In this document: positions 1 through 9,597 of the stretch, one piece after another
How positions within the stretch are numbered: position 1 is the stretch's first letter
Layout of the letters: every line of letters begins with the position of its first letter
IMG/VR virus record: IMGVR_UViG_3300025030_000053
Location: 41,767-105,766 of that record
Source: a virus
Strand: one strand, 5' to 3'
DNA length: 64,000 nucleotides
Notes under the pieces: generated by a model
Told to the model about the DNA's origin: nothing
Database searches by the model: none
The model's input: the letters and a program-made list of their open reading frames with translations, nothing else
Made by a program: the position numbers and the translations under genes

Positions 1-1142
1 CCACCAAATGGCTGCGTATATCCTACATAAAGCTGATCAGTAGCTGCTGCCTGCATAGTCCAATTCACCAAAATTGGCGCAGCGACCGCTGAAACCTCTG
101 TCAGAACACCACCGTCCTGCTGCACTACTGATGTGAATTTATCTGGCTGCTCGTTGCCACCACCAACAAATGTTGGCAAGCTGACTTCGGCTAAAACCTC
201 ATCACCTGGAACATATACTCTCTCAATCTCAACATCAGCATCCAAATCATAAGAATTGACTGCTGATGTCAATGTAATTGCCACCCAGTAGACGTTATCT
301 GTTAGTTTTGTTCCAGAATTGACGGTAGAGTGCGCAGAAGCCGTCGCATTGTATCTATCCCAATTTTCTGGTTTTTCAAACCAAGCAATTCTTCCGTTCC
401 CTCCGAGGGAAACACCCGACCTCGAAGTTGTATCAGATACATTTTCGAATGATGTCCAACTGGACCCATTCCAATATTTGACAACATTGATTTTAGCTTG
501 ATCTACGTTAGTAGATGCAGTCATATCAATATATACATTATCGAATTTGAAAGTATGTCCGATGTAGATTGTATCTTGTGCATACACCATACTATCTACG
601 GCAGTCCCGGTATCTGGAAGTCCCAAAGATGTCAACGTTCCGTTGTCATCGATATAGGCATTGGTTGTCACTTGGGTTCCACTTCCAAAATCACCTTTGG
701 TAACCAACAGGCTTCCTCTGTTATGGATGTAAAGGAATCCGGCGTTATTGTCTGGGGCAGCTCTTTGCCCAACTTTGGCAACAATTTTATCCAAGGACAT
801 TTTCTTTTTAGGTTGAAATTCGCCCATTACCAGAGAATCCACTGGGAAGTCCCAGGCAGCATTTGCGACATTTACATTGAATGTAGAAACTGGCATATAA
901 TTTCTTTTTGTAGTTCCTGCTATCCCTTCTAAATAGCCTACAAAGTTTGAAGAAAGTGCAACACCATTCTCGTCAACCTCACCTAATGGTTCTACAAAAC
1001 CCTGTTCAAGATAAGTCTGTGAAACAAGTCTGTTTGCTTCATTTGCTGGAACAACGAATTCATTGCCATAGGCATATGTATTGCCTCCGACACCTAGTCT
1101 TCCTGGACCTCTAAATGTGCATCTATATTTGAAGTAATTCAT
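1..1142 (-). CDS. Putative virion structural protein, paralogue of 1215..2831 (partial, runs off window; absent from ORF track)
   Basis: Manual translation from ATG at 1142 (RBS AAGGAG): MNYFKYRCTFRGPGRLGVGG...YWNGSSWTSFENVSDTT...GGNGRIAWFEKPENW aligns with MANFHAYRCTYRGPGFFAVG...YWNGTGWTAFENVTDTT...GGDGWIAWYEQPVNW of the adjacent gene. Confidence 0.85.
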   Translation of the reverse strand, partial: MNYFKYRCTFRGPGRLGVGGNTYAYGNEFVVPANEANRLVSQTYLEQGFVEPLGEVDENGVALSSNFVGYLEGIAGTTKRNYMPVSTFNVNVANAAWDFPVDSLVMGEFQPKKKMSLDKIVAKVGQRAAPDNNAGFLYIHNRGSLLVTKGDFGSGTQVTTNAYIDDNGTLTSLGLPDTGTAVDSMVYAQDTIYIGHTFKFDNVYIDMTASTNVDQAKINVVKYWNGSSWTSFENVSDTTSRSGVSLGGNGRIAWFEKPENWDRYNATASAHSTVNSGTKLTDNVYWVAITLTSAVNSYDLDADVEIERVYVPGDEVLAEVSLPTFVGGGNEQPDKFTSVVQQDGGVLTEVSAVAAPILVNWTMQAAATDQLYVGYTQPFG

Positions 1143-1173
1143 ATTTTTCTCCTTCTAAATTTCACTTCTTCAT

Positions 1174-1208
1174 CCTGATGGGGGAATTCAAAGAATTCCC
1201 CCATCAGG
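1174..1208. other. Perfect 16-bp stem hairpin between the two paralogous genes
   Basis: CCTGATGGGGGAATTC-aaa-GAATTCCCCCATCAGG; no U-tract on the coding strand. Confidence 0.8.
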
Positions 1209-1214
1209 CAGAAA

Positions 1215-2831
1215 TTAGATGTCCGCTCCGACGAGTTGAAGTGTAACGCCACTTAGCGCGTCAGTTTCACCTTCTATTTCTCCAACATAAACATTCAAGA
1301 AATCGCTCGGTGCAACCTCAACGTTAGTTGGGACATTGAATTCGATAGGGACTGTAGCAGATCTTATTGGATACACTCTGTTGATATCGAACAAGTTAGT
1401 TAAGTTTCCGTCCCACGTCAGTCTGACCCAGAACAAAACACTAGTTGTTGTATCTGTGTCAAGTGTTTGACTATCCATCAATGCGGATGTAGCCGCTGTG
1501 GATCTCCAATCAGCAGGTATATTCCAAGTGACGGCACCATCAACTTTCAAGGTATCTGCAACAGAATTTGTTCCGTCGGTAGCGCCCAATGATACCCACT
1601 CTGCCCCATTCCAATAGCTCGCGGTAAGAGTAGATACAGCATCATTGACCGTGGTCCCAACATCAACAAGAACTCCGCCAAAGATATCTGCATAACCGAG
1701 ATAGAGTGCATCATCAGCGGCATTAGGTGTCGGCCAATCTGTAATCATTGCCGATGTAGACGCATAAACATCATTTAATGTAGTATCATCTTGCTGAACT
1801 ACAGAATCGAATGTTTCCCTGCTCGCAATTACCTTTTCACCATCTTTGACGGCAATCATATTGATTTCAGCTAGTGGCTCATCGCCAGGCACCCAAATTC
1901 TATTGAGTTCTGTATCAGCATCAAAAGTGGTTGCTGAACCGTCGGTCAAATACTGAACGGCGACCCAATAAACATCATTTGCTAATGCTGTTCCGGAATT
2001 AACTCCTGAAACACGATGTGCAGAAGCAGTAGCACCATCTGGATCCCAGTTTACTGGTTGTTCATACCAGGCAATCCAACCATCTCCACCGAGAGGGGCG
2101 CCGGCACGAACTGTAGTATCTGTGACATTCTCAAATGCTGTCCAACCAGTGCCATTCCAATAGCTTACTGAATAAATGTATCCACCATTACCATTGACTG
2201 AGCCGGCGACCACATCAACATAAACACCAGAGAATTTAGCTGTATGCCCAATATAAATTGTATCTTGAAGATATGTAAAGCTGTCAAGAACTGTAGTAGT
2301 CAAAGGAAGTCCTAGTGTTTCCAGTGTCCCGTTATCATCAGTCCAGCCATTTGTCGTGATTTGAGTAGCTTCTCCAGAATCACCCTTGGTCAAGAGCATA
2401 TGAACTCGGTTGTCTAGATTCAATGTGCCAGAACCATCGTCAGTAGCAGGAAGTACCGCTTGATAAGATACAACTTTGTCAAGCATCAGCCTTCTTTGAA
2501 CATTATAATCAGACACAACTTTTACACCAGCAGTGTCAAAAGCAGTATCTGGCAATGGTATGTCAATTGTGACAGCCGGCAGAACATTTTTGCTCAACGT
2601 CCATTGTTTACCATCAAGCAAACTTTGAATATTCGGTGAAAAATATCCGCCAGCAGTATCTACCTCGCCGAGATATTCAAGATGTTTTCCTGTTAAATCT
2701 GCTGTTTTAACTTTTCTAGCGGCTTGTTCGTCACTGAGAACGATTACCTGTCCATATGTTGCTGGAATATCACCAACAGCAAAGAAACCAGGCCCTCTAT
2801 ATGTGCATCTATATGCATGAAAATTAGCCAT
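1215..2831 (-). CDS. Putative virion structural/decoration protein with two YWNGxxW beta-sandwich repeats
   Basis: 538 aa, T/D/G/V-rich; internal repeat (IYIGHTAKFSGVYVDV..YWNGTGW..VYWV / LYLGYADIFGGVLVDV..YWNGAEW..LFWV); RBS AGGAGG; next to terminase. Confidence 0.65.
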   Translation of the reverse strand: MANFHAYRCTYRGPGFFAVGDIPATYGQVIVLSDEQAARKVKTADLTGKHLEYLGEVDTAGGYFSPNIQSLLDGKQWTLSKNVLPAVTIDIPLPDTAFDTAGVKVVSDYNVQRRLMLDKVVSYQAVLPATDDGSGTLNLDNRVHMLLTKGDSGEATQITTNGWTDDNGTLETLGLPLTTTVLDSFTYLQDTIYIGHTAKFSGVYVDVVAGSVNGNGGYIYSVSYWNGTGWTAFENVTDTTVRAGAPLGGDGWIAWYEQPVNWDPDGATASAHRVSGVNSGTALANDVYWVAVQYLTDGSATTFDADTELNRIWVPGDEPLAEINMIAVKDGEKVIASRETFDSVVQQDDTTLNDVYASTSAMITDWPTPNAADDALYLGYADIFGGVLVDVGTTVNDAVSTLTASYWNGAEWVSLGATDGTNSVADTLKVDGAVTWNIPADWRSTAATSALMDSQTLDTDTTTSVLFWVRLTWDGNLTNLFDINRVYPIRSATVPIEFNVPTNVEVAPSDFLNVYVGEIEGETDALSGVTLQLVGADI

Positions 2832-2895
2832 ATAATTTTCCTCCTAAATCCTCACAGCGAGGATGAAATTTATCCTTATTGGATTATATTTGTTT

Positions 2896-2920
2896 ATTCT
2901 TTAAAAATTTAGATATTCCT
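2896..2920 (-). promoter_or_regulatory. SigH-type promoter AGGA-N17-GAAT
   Basis: gaAGGAatatctaaatttttaaaGAAT upstream of the 2831 start; matches the SigH consensus. Confidence 0.75.
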
Positions 2921-2966
2921 TCTTTTTCAAAAATTTTTTTGGTTATTTTTTGTGGTTAGTTTTGTT

Positions 2967-5123
2967 TCACCATCCAGACTTTCCAGTACGTCGACTCCCA
3001 ATAGAACCATACATCCTTTCCGCAGAGTCAATGTTCAATCTGTAAGCCCTAATTCTTGGCAAAGATGCCATAATAGTGTTTTGAAGAGACATATAGGCAG
3101 CAGCCGCTATGCAATCAGGAATGTCATCGTTATGTCCATCGGTGGCTTGAACACGGAAACCTCTCCGTCCATATTTTTTTTGCAGAAACATAAATTGATC
3201 TTTAATATCTGGCACCCAAGGACCAGATCCATATATTTCCAATCTCTCATCTTGCATAAGATGCAAAAGAGTTTCATATATTTTTTCTTTGAAACTTTGA
3301 TTGAAAGTAGTTTGAACTGATTTGATGCCTTTTTTGTGCATTTTTTGAATGGAAGTAATAGAATTCATTTGATCATAGCTAAGAGATACTACATTAAATT
3401 TCTTTTTGCATATTTCAATAATATAATCATCAACTTCATCAATCATTATTGCTTCAAGTTTGTTTTTTGCTTTCCACATTTCCACATGATCAACAATAAC
3501 ATATTTCATCAATTCATTAGTTCCGGGCATTATCCTGTCTTCTGTATGGACAACAGCCAAAGCGTAATTATCGCTAGTAGTAGCCGGATCGGCATGAGCG
3601 TAGTAATTGATTCCTGGTGTCCCGTATGGGGCCCGACGTCGTTCGGGTTTAATTGCCAAATCAATCAAAATAGGAGAAAACATAGGCTCGGAAGCACCTT
3701 CTGAGAATTTAGCCATATATTGCATTTCATAAAGTGCGGGATCTTCATTTTTCTGTTCTTGAAGCCATTGTTTATCAACGCTAGGATTACATGTCTCGGT
3801 TGCTAACTGAAACATCAATGGGTTTCTATCGTTTCTTAAGGAATTATTGTATAATTTCCATAAAATTCCTTCTTGGGCCAAAGGATTAGAAATTACGCAA
3901 ATTTTTCCATACTTTCCGAATGTTGCCAATGAAGGTTTTAATTTTTTATATAATTCAGAATCACTAGTCTTTGAATCTTCCTTTTTGATCATTTCGGCAA
4001 CTTCGTCGATAATAATAACTGCACATGTTTTGCCTACCTGACCACTGGCTTTTGAAGTCCCAGATTTAATTTCTATTGATCCTGGCAATGTAGGAATTCC
4101 ATCCATTCTTCTTTCTTCATTTTTTCTAAGATCTTTTGGTGAAAGAAGAATCATTGATTGGTCGCTAGTTCTGTCTTTGTTTATATGTTTTTTAAAGAAT
4201 GGAGAATTTATAGCCATAGATTTAATTTTGCTAAATACAGAATCTTTTCCCTGATCTTCATTTCCGGCAACATTCATAATGGTAATCATATCATCATCAA
4301 GAAGTCCAAAATAATTTTGTGGATCATCAAGTTTGATCAGTCTGTATGCTTCATATAATGCTATTATTGCGACTAATAAGCTTTTTCCACTCCGGCGCCC
4401 AAGCACCAAAACTAAGTCTGTAAATGGCAATCCAATCTTTCTGATTATCTGATTTCTAACTAATTCTGTATCACTCAAACTTCCTCTGGAATCTTCTATA
4501 AGATAATTTAATATTTCATCATCTAAATTCTCATTATCTTCTATTTCACTATTCGTATTATTCTGATTATTCTGATAATGTTCTATTAGGATGTATTTGG
4601 CTTGATCATACACCATATCAGGAGGCAATCTATTGCCCTCTGGTGTCAAGTCTTGAAAAATCATCTGCATTTCACTCAAAAAATTAGATTTCAACTCTGT
4701 ATTCAATTCCCATTTTTTTATCTGTGATTCAGAAAATTTTCCTATATTTATTTGTCTTTGCAGATATTCTTTTTTTAAATTTTGATCGTATAATTTGCAA
4801 GACAAACAAGGAGAATCTAATTCCTGAAGTCTATTTTTGTTCCAAACACAATTATAGCAAGCTTCTTCTACTGGATCAAAACTGATAGATAATTTTTCAT
4901 TTCCGTGCGATCCCATATAGAAAACTTTAAGAATTAACATTTGCCAAGGATATAATTTTTGATGTAGATATCTGTCATCTTCGACAAATTTGACTATATC
5001 TACAAATTGATATTGATTTTCGTCAAAATCTATTGGGGCATCTTCCTCCATCTGCCCCAATAGTAAGTCCAACTTGTCAAAGATGACACTATTTATATTG
5101 TCTTCAAAATTGGTCTTTATCAT
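2967..5123 (-). CDS. terL: Terminase large subunit
   Basis: LYPWQ adenine-binding motif, Walker A GRRSGKS, Walker B IIIDE, motif III ISNP, nuclease HADPA...YDQ...DDIPD. Confidence 0.93.
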   Translation of the reverse strand: MIKTNFEDNINSVIFDKLDLLLGQMEEDAPIDFDENQYQFVDIVKFVEDDRYLHQKLYPWQMLILKVFYMGSHGNEKLSISFDPVEEACYNCVWNKNRLQELDSPCLSCKLYDQNLKKEYLQRQINIGKFSESQIKKWELNTELKSNFLSEMQMIFQDLTPEGNRLPPDMVYDQAKYILIEHYQNNQNNTNSEIEDNENLDDEILNYLIEDSRGSLSDTELVRNQIIRKIGLPFTDLVLVLGRRSGKSLLVAIIALYEAYRLIKLDDPQNYFGLLDDDMITIMNVAGNEDQGKDSVFSKIKSMAINSPFFKKHINKDRTSDQSMILLSPKDLRKNEERRMDGIPTLPGSIEIKSGTSKASGQVGKTCAVIIIDEVAEMIKKEDSKTSDSELYKKLKPSLATFGKYGKICVISNPLAQEGILWKLYNNSLRNDRNPLMFQLATETCNPSVDKQWLQEQKNEDPALYEMQYMAKFSEGASEPMFSPILIDLAIKPERRRAPYGTPGINYYAHADPATTSDNYALAVVHTEDRIMPGTNELMKYVIVDHVEMWKAKNKLEAIMIDEVDDYIIEICKKKFNVVSLSYDQMNSITSIQKMHKKGIKSVQTTFNQSFKEKIYETLLHLMQDERLEIYGSGPWVPDIKDQFMFLQKKYGRRGFRVQATDGHNDDIPDCIAAAAYMSLQNTIMASLPRIRAYRLNIDSAERMYGSIGSRRTGKSGW

Positions 5124-5851
5124 TTAGATTTTCTTTCTAATTTAGATTTCAAAAAATCTTGAAAATCTTTAATTCCATCTTTTATATATTCTTTGTTGTC
5201 GATTCCTGTTATTTTCTGCATTAAATCTGCCATTACTTCTGTAAATTTGTCTGCCATTTCCATAACTGCCGATTCTGCCTCATCTCTCAGTCCAGAAATT
5301 TCATATTCCAATGTGGTAAAATTTTTGTATGTTCCAAGCAAACTATTTACTACCTGATTCACTTTTATCAACTGATCAAGATTCTTGCTTAGATCAATTG
5401 ATTTCATTTCTGCAATCATGTCTATCAACATTCTTTTTCCATATCCTATTGGTTCTCTCTCGATTACAGAATATTCCTCCTTGGTATCTTGAATCCTTTG
5501 CATAAAATCAATAGAGATAGGAGTAAAATCAACATGCTCCCTCATGTGTGTGTCCACGGTGGCCCACGACCACGATGGATTGCTGACTCCTCTCTCTTTG
5601 TCTTTTTCAATAAGCAACTTTCTGACTGGGTCTATCTTCCTGATTTCAAGATATAATTTCTCTGCCTCATCTCTATATATTGATTGACACAGGCTACATC
5701 TATTCTCATTAAATTTTGCATATTGTGTATATTCGCCATTGTCAAGAACAACTGCTTTCAAAATTGGATTCAATTTTTTTGTTTTTTCTTTGTATTCTTC
5801 TATTTGTTGAAGAACCTTTTCATTTGACAATCTCAAATCTTCTGCTGGCAT
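5120..5851 (-). CDS. Probable terminase small subunit (CxxC...HxxxH Zn-binding N-terminus, helical C-terminus)
   Basis: Overlaps terL start (ATGA); CSLC...HMREH; position and size. Confidence 0.55.
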   Translation of the reverse strand: MPAEDLRLSNEKVLQQIEEYKEKTKKLNPILKAVVLDNGEYTQYAKFNENRCSLCQSIYRDEAEKLYLEIRKIDPVRKLLIEKDKERGVSNPSWSWATVDTHMREHVDFTPISIDFMQRIQDTKEEYSVIEREPIGYGKRMLIDMIAEMKSIDLSKNLDQLIKVNQVVNSLLGTYKNFTTLEYEISGLRDEAESAVMEMADKFTEVMADLMQKITGIDNKEYIKDGIKDFQDFLKSKLERKSK

Positions 5852-5878
5852 AATTTGCTCCTCTCAACTTAATTCATC

Positions 5879-5904
5879 ATTCTCAACTTAAAGTTGAGAA
5901 TCCT
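5879..5904 (-). promoter_or_regulatory. SigH-type promoter AGGA-N18-GAAT overlapped by a perfect palindrome
   Basis: ATTCTCAACTT-A-AAGTTGAGAAT at 5879..5901; extra half-site TCTCAACTTAA at 5862..5872. Confidence 0.7.
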
Positions 5905-5958
5905 TTTTTTATTTTTGAAGGAGGATTTTTTATGATTTTATATAAAACAACGATGAGG

Positions 5959-6669
5959 GAAATAAAAATGCTGAAACAATTAATAAAAATTGCAAATTCA
6001 TTAGATGGTCATAATATGCTCAATGAATCTGAAATTTTAGATTCTGTGATATATAAACTTGCCTACACATCTGAAATGCAAGGCACAGCATCAGAAATGG
6101 CAGCGATTGATCCAGAAAAAGCGCAATTTGAGCATTTAGGATTGTTCAAGAAAATTTCACAACAACCAATCAATTTAGTCAGCCGACTCAGTCGTCCAGA
6201 AATAGCAATTGAATCTTTTCTAGGTGGTGCAAATATACAAGACATGGTGAGCAGAGCAGTAATGGAATTGAACATCCTTGCTCAACGACTCGGAGGATAT
6301 GAAAAAGAAATGGGTATGCCTCGATTGCAGCAAATGGGATCTGTTAAGGTGCTGGAAATGATGAATCATCCAGAAATAGAGGCAATATACTATTCCGACC
6401 CAGAATCCCTAGAACACGAACGAAGACACCAGCGGGGAGAAACCAAGACTCCAGAGCAAGTCAAACAGGACATTGCTTCACAATTGCAATCAGTGTTTCC
6501 GCAGGAAGTTCCGCCAGAAGAAAGACAAAGAATCATCAGTGAATGGATGGATAATTATATTTCCAACCTTGGGAGATATTACGCACAAGGCGAAATTCCA
6601 GGAGAATTAGCTGCTGATCTTCCTACAATCACAGATAAGGCAAAGAAAGATTTGAGTCAGATGTTTTGA
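5959..6669 (+). CDS. Putative virion protein with 'KIAxxLD' helical leader and HExxH motif
   Basis: Likely start 5959 (RBS GAGG) MLKQLIKIANSLDGHNMLNESEILDSVIYKLA; LEHERRH...GEIPGE. Confidence 0.6.
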   Translation, partial: EIKMLKQLIKIANSLDGHNMLNESEILDSVIYKLAYTSEMQGTASEMAAIDPEKAQFEHLGLFKKISQQPINLVSRLSRPEIAIESFLGGANIQDMVSRAVMELNILAQRLGGYEKEMGMPRLQQMGSVKVLEMMNHPEIEAIYYSDPESLEHERRHQRGETKTPEQVKQDIASQLQSVFPQEVPPEERQRIISEWMDNYISNLGRYYAQGEIPGELAADLPTITDKAKKDLSQMF

Positions 6670-6869
6670 TTGTTTTCAATTACGTCATCAACACTAAAAC
6701 CAAAAAAATCAGCCAATTCTTCGATAGATGGCTGATTCAAGTCTCGATGAATAGTATCCAAAAAAAGTCCTTGTAATCCACGATTCCCCCTGGTCATATC
6801 ATTAGGATTTTGAATTAAAATTTCATCCGATGAAAAGACAGATGATTGTTTTTTATTCTTCTGTTTCAT
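6657..6869 (-). CDS. Hypothetical protein
   Basis: 70 aa ORF overlapping the upstream gene. Confidence 0.5.
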   Translation of the reverse strand: MKQKNKKQSSVFSSDEILIQNPNDMTRGNRGLQGLFLDTIHRDLNQPSIEELADFFGFSVDDVIENNQNI

Positions 6870-7677
6870 TTAAACTCGCTAGAATATTCTTTTGCATATT
6901 TTTAATGACATGTTCTCTATCAGTAGATTGAAGTGTAGAAATGATGTGCTCACACGGAATCTCAAAAGTTCTAAAATTACCTTCTACATATCTTGAACAA
7001 GTGCAGACTCTATTTTTTGAATCTACGCCTACCAATTCCTTGTCATCTCTAACCGCAAAAACATTCTTTCTTTCAGTTCTTGAAATTTTGATAACTGGAT
7101 ATTTCACCTCTGCCAGCAAATAACTCTTCTGAATTTCCCGATCAACGTGAGGAGACATTGCTTTGTGGAATGCATTTATAGCAGTAGGCTCATTTTTGCG
7201 ATAATCAACATATCTCAATATTTCTTCAAAATTTGCTTCTTCATCTTTTGAGGAAAAAACAATCAAAGAATTTTTATATGTGTGGTCATTGGTTGCTAAT
7301 TTCAAGAATTCCTTTGGGGACATAGACAATACCAATGATTCTAGATGATCTTTAAGATCATCATATTTCTCTGGAATTTCATTTTTGACTTGTGCATATA
7401 CTTCATTTGTAATTCTTTTCACATCTCCAACACTAGACCCTTCTGAAATTAACACATCCTGAGTATCGCTTTCGAAAAATCCAAGATCTTTGTATTTTTT
7501 TGCTTCCTTGAACAAATTTTCAATTTTTGTCATAGGATTGACAGAACTTTGCTTTGTCCAATTCAAATAGACATCAGATCTAACTTTTGGAAGTTTCGGC
7601 TCAACATAAACTTCTCGATTATCTTGGTTGGATTTTTTGATGAAATCCAGAATTGTGTTGTCAGTTTTTACGCTCAT
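6853..7677 (-). CDS. SWIM zinc-finger protein
   Basis: C-terminal CTC-x(12)-CEH; RBS AGGAG; upstream AGGA-N18-GAAA at 7708..7733. Confidence 0.7.
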   Translation of the reverse strand: MSVKTDNTILDFIKKSNQDNREVYVEPKLPKVRSDVYLNWTKQSSVNPMTKIENLFKEAKKYKDLGFFESDTQDVLISEGSSVGDVKRITNEVYAQVKNEIPEKYDDLKDHLESLVLSMSPKEFLKLATNDHTYKNSLIVFSSKDEEANFEEILRYVDYRKNEPTAINAFHKAMSPHVDREIQKSYLLAEVKYPVIKISRTERKNVFAVRDDKELVGVDSKNRVCTCSRYVEGNFRTFEIPCEHIISTLQSTDREHVIKNMQKNILASLNETEE

Positions 7678-7703
7678 TGAAAACTCTCCTAATTAACTTT
7701 TTG

Positions 7704-7925
7704 TTATTTTCTATACTTCTGTGGGAGATTCCTTTCTTTTTTTAAATCTTTCCACCAAGTAGTTCCACAAAATGGACATTCAATTTCCCAGGAAATAACA
7801 TCGCCAGATTTATCTTTGATTGCCCTAATTTCAAAAAGTCTTGAATTCATATTCGTACAAGGCTTTCCTCTTACCTCTTTTGATCTACAAGAAGTTATAA
7901 CCGGTTGTTGTGGACTATTTCTCAT
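7704..7925 (-). CDS. Small zinc-ribbon protein
   Basis: C..C and CPFCG; RBS AGGAGG. Confidence 0.6.
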   Translation of the reverse strand: MRNSPQQPVITSCRSKEVRGKPCTNMNSRLFEIRAIKDKSGDVISWEIECPFCGTTWWKDLKKERNLPQKYRK

Positions 7926-8565
7926 TGTTCTCCTCCTTAAATTCTACCATCAATTCCTCCTTGGCAATCTCAATGCTGTTGGAAGTGAAAAATGCCACAC
8001 AAAAACCAATAGCATCAGCTCGGTGGGTAAAAATTCCAGTTTGTGTAATTCTACAATCTTTGAGAGAATTTGGAAAATATTCTTTTGCCTTTTTTTGAGT
8101 AGCAGTTTTCTTGTCTTTTCTAGCCATTCCTCCGGTGTTCGCAAAAACACATCCCATTGAAATTGTGTGAATGGGTTTGACCTCGGCTCCGACCATCAAT
8201 GATGCAAATTTGATTATTCCGGTATTTTCCCCAAGTTTTTCTCTGGCGGGAGCATTGCCAAACCCGATAGATCTTTCCATCAATGAGGCTATAACAGGAT
8301 TATATTTATTTTTTAGATCGTTTACAAAATTATATATCGTGATCAATCTCTCTAAATCATCAGGTGGCATCAATTCTAACCCTGAGTCGATATATCTACC
8401 TTTTCCGTCTTTGTATTGCATTACTGCCCAGCCGAGATTTTTTGTTGTAGGCGGGTCAAAACCAAAAACAAAGCCTCCATCAATCAACTTGTCTTTGTTG
8501 ATGATGAAGGCTGCTTGTTTATTAACTGGTGGAATATCTCTGCTTCTGAATCTTTTCTTTCTCAT
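7915..8565 (-). CDS. ruvC: RuvC-like Holliday junction resolvase
   Basis: FGFDP..NLGWA, LMERS, DKKTATQ, HRADAIG acidic RNase H-fold motifs. Confidence 0.8.
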   Translation of the reverse strand: MRKKRFRSRDIPPVNKQAAFIINKDKLIDGGFVFGFDPPTTKNLGWAVMQYKDGKGRYIDSGLELMPPDDLERLITIYNFVNDLKNKYNPVIASLMERSIGFGNAPAREKLGENTGIIKFASLMVGAEVKPIHTISMGCVFANTGGMARKDKKTATQKKAKEYFPNSLKDCRITQTGIFTHRADAIGFCVAFFTSNSIEIAKEELMVEFKEENNEK

Positions 8566-8619
8566 AGCAAAGATATTATATAGAAAATATCAAAATATTA
8601 TTGGATATATTGTATATTT

Positions 8620-9597
8620 TTAACTCAGGTCTACTATCAGAGAATAGATTAAAAATTGATATGGAATATCTTCCCTAATTTTTTCATTATATTTTTCACA
8701 TTTTTTCAAAATCTGGACGCATCTATTCAAATATTTAGGATTTTTAAGTTTTTCGATAGTTTTATATATTCTATATGGATGAACTGAAAGTTTTGATTTT
8801 TTTTCTTCATCACCCTCTATCAAATATCCGAAATTATTTTGCATTTGATAAACTTTTTGGAGAATCGCAGTAGGATTTTTGTTTTTCATAGAAGCTACAA
8901 GCATTCCCAACCTAGCTTCTGAAATCAGCAAACCAATGAACATCATCACATGGGTCAGATCGATCACAGTTCCATCAACTAGCGGAACGGCATCAAGAAT
9001 ACGCCCTTCAAAAACACAATCTATTAATTCCCAAGAATTCGCAATTTTAGATTTACATACAATTTTTTCTGCTATTTTTTCATCAATATCGTGCATCAAT
9101 TTCAATTTTTCAATTTCTTGTTTAATTTTTTCTATGTTTAATACTTTTGTTGCAACTTTGTTTCCTTTGTTGTTCTCAATATCTGCAAGGATGTATCCAG
9201 TTTTTCTGTATATTATCTGACAGATTTCATCTTCAAATCCAGATAGATTTTTGATTATATTGATGCATTTGTTTTCGTTTGATTGTTCTATATACCCACA
9301 TTTAACAATTTCTTTGTTTTTGAAAAATGACAATCTTTTGTCAATAGATTCAGAACAAATTGCTACATAATTGTTTTTAATTATATTTTTTTCAATAATT
9401 TCCAAATTAGAAATCATATCTTTGTTTGGATTTTTGATTATGTATATATTTTTTTCAAAACTAAATGGATTGATCAAATCTTCAATATCAGAAGACCGGT
9501 GCAAGAGTTTTATTTCTGCACCGGTCTCTGCCCCCCATTTTACTATTGCCGAATTTGCAATCGCAAAATCTCCTACGAAAAGTTTAATTTGACTCAT
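8620..9597 (-). CDS. holA: DNA polymerase III delta subunit-like clamp-loader component
   Basis: IDKRLSFFK, IKQEIEKLKL, WELIDCVF, VHPYRIYK resemble HolA; in operon with dnaN and dnaX. Confidence 0.6.
   Translation of the reverse strand: MSQIKLFVGDFAIANSAIVKWGAETGAEIKLLHRSSDIEDLINPFSFEKNIYIIKNPNKDMISNLEIIEKNIIKNNYVAICSESIDKRLSFFKNKEIVKCGYIEQSNENKCINIIKNLSGFEDEICQIIYRKTGYILADIENNKGNKVATKVLNIEKIKQEIEKLKLMHDIDEKIAEKIVCKSKIANSWELIDCVFEGRILDAVPLVDGTVIDLTHVMMFIGLLISEARLGMLVASMKNKNPTAILQKVYQMQNNFGYLIEGDEEKKSKLSVHPYRIYKTIEKLKNPKYLNRCVQILKKCEKYNEKIREDIPYQFLIYSLIVDLS

Noticed and set aside
302-932. ORF-track ORFs 302..487, 319..501, 498..932 and similar short antisense ORFs throughout
   Set aside because: Shadows of longer genes with recognisable motifs on the other strand or frame
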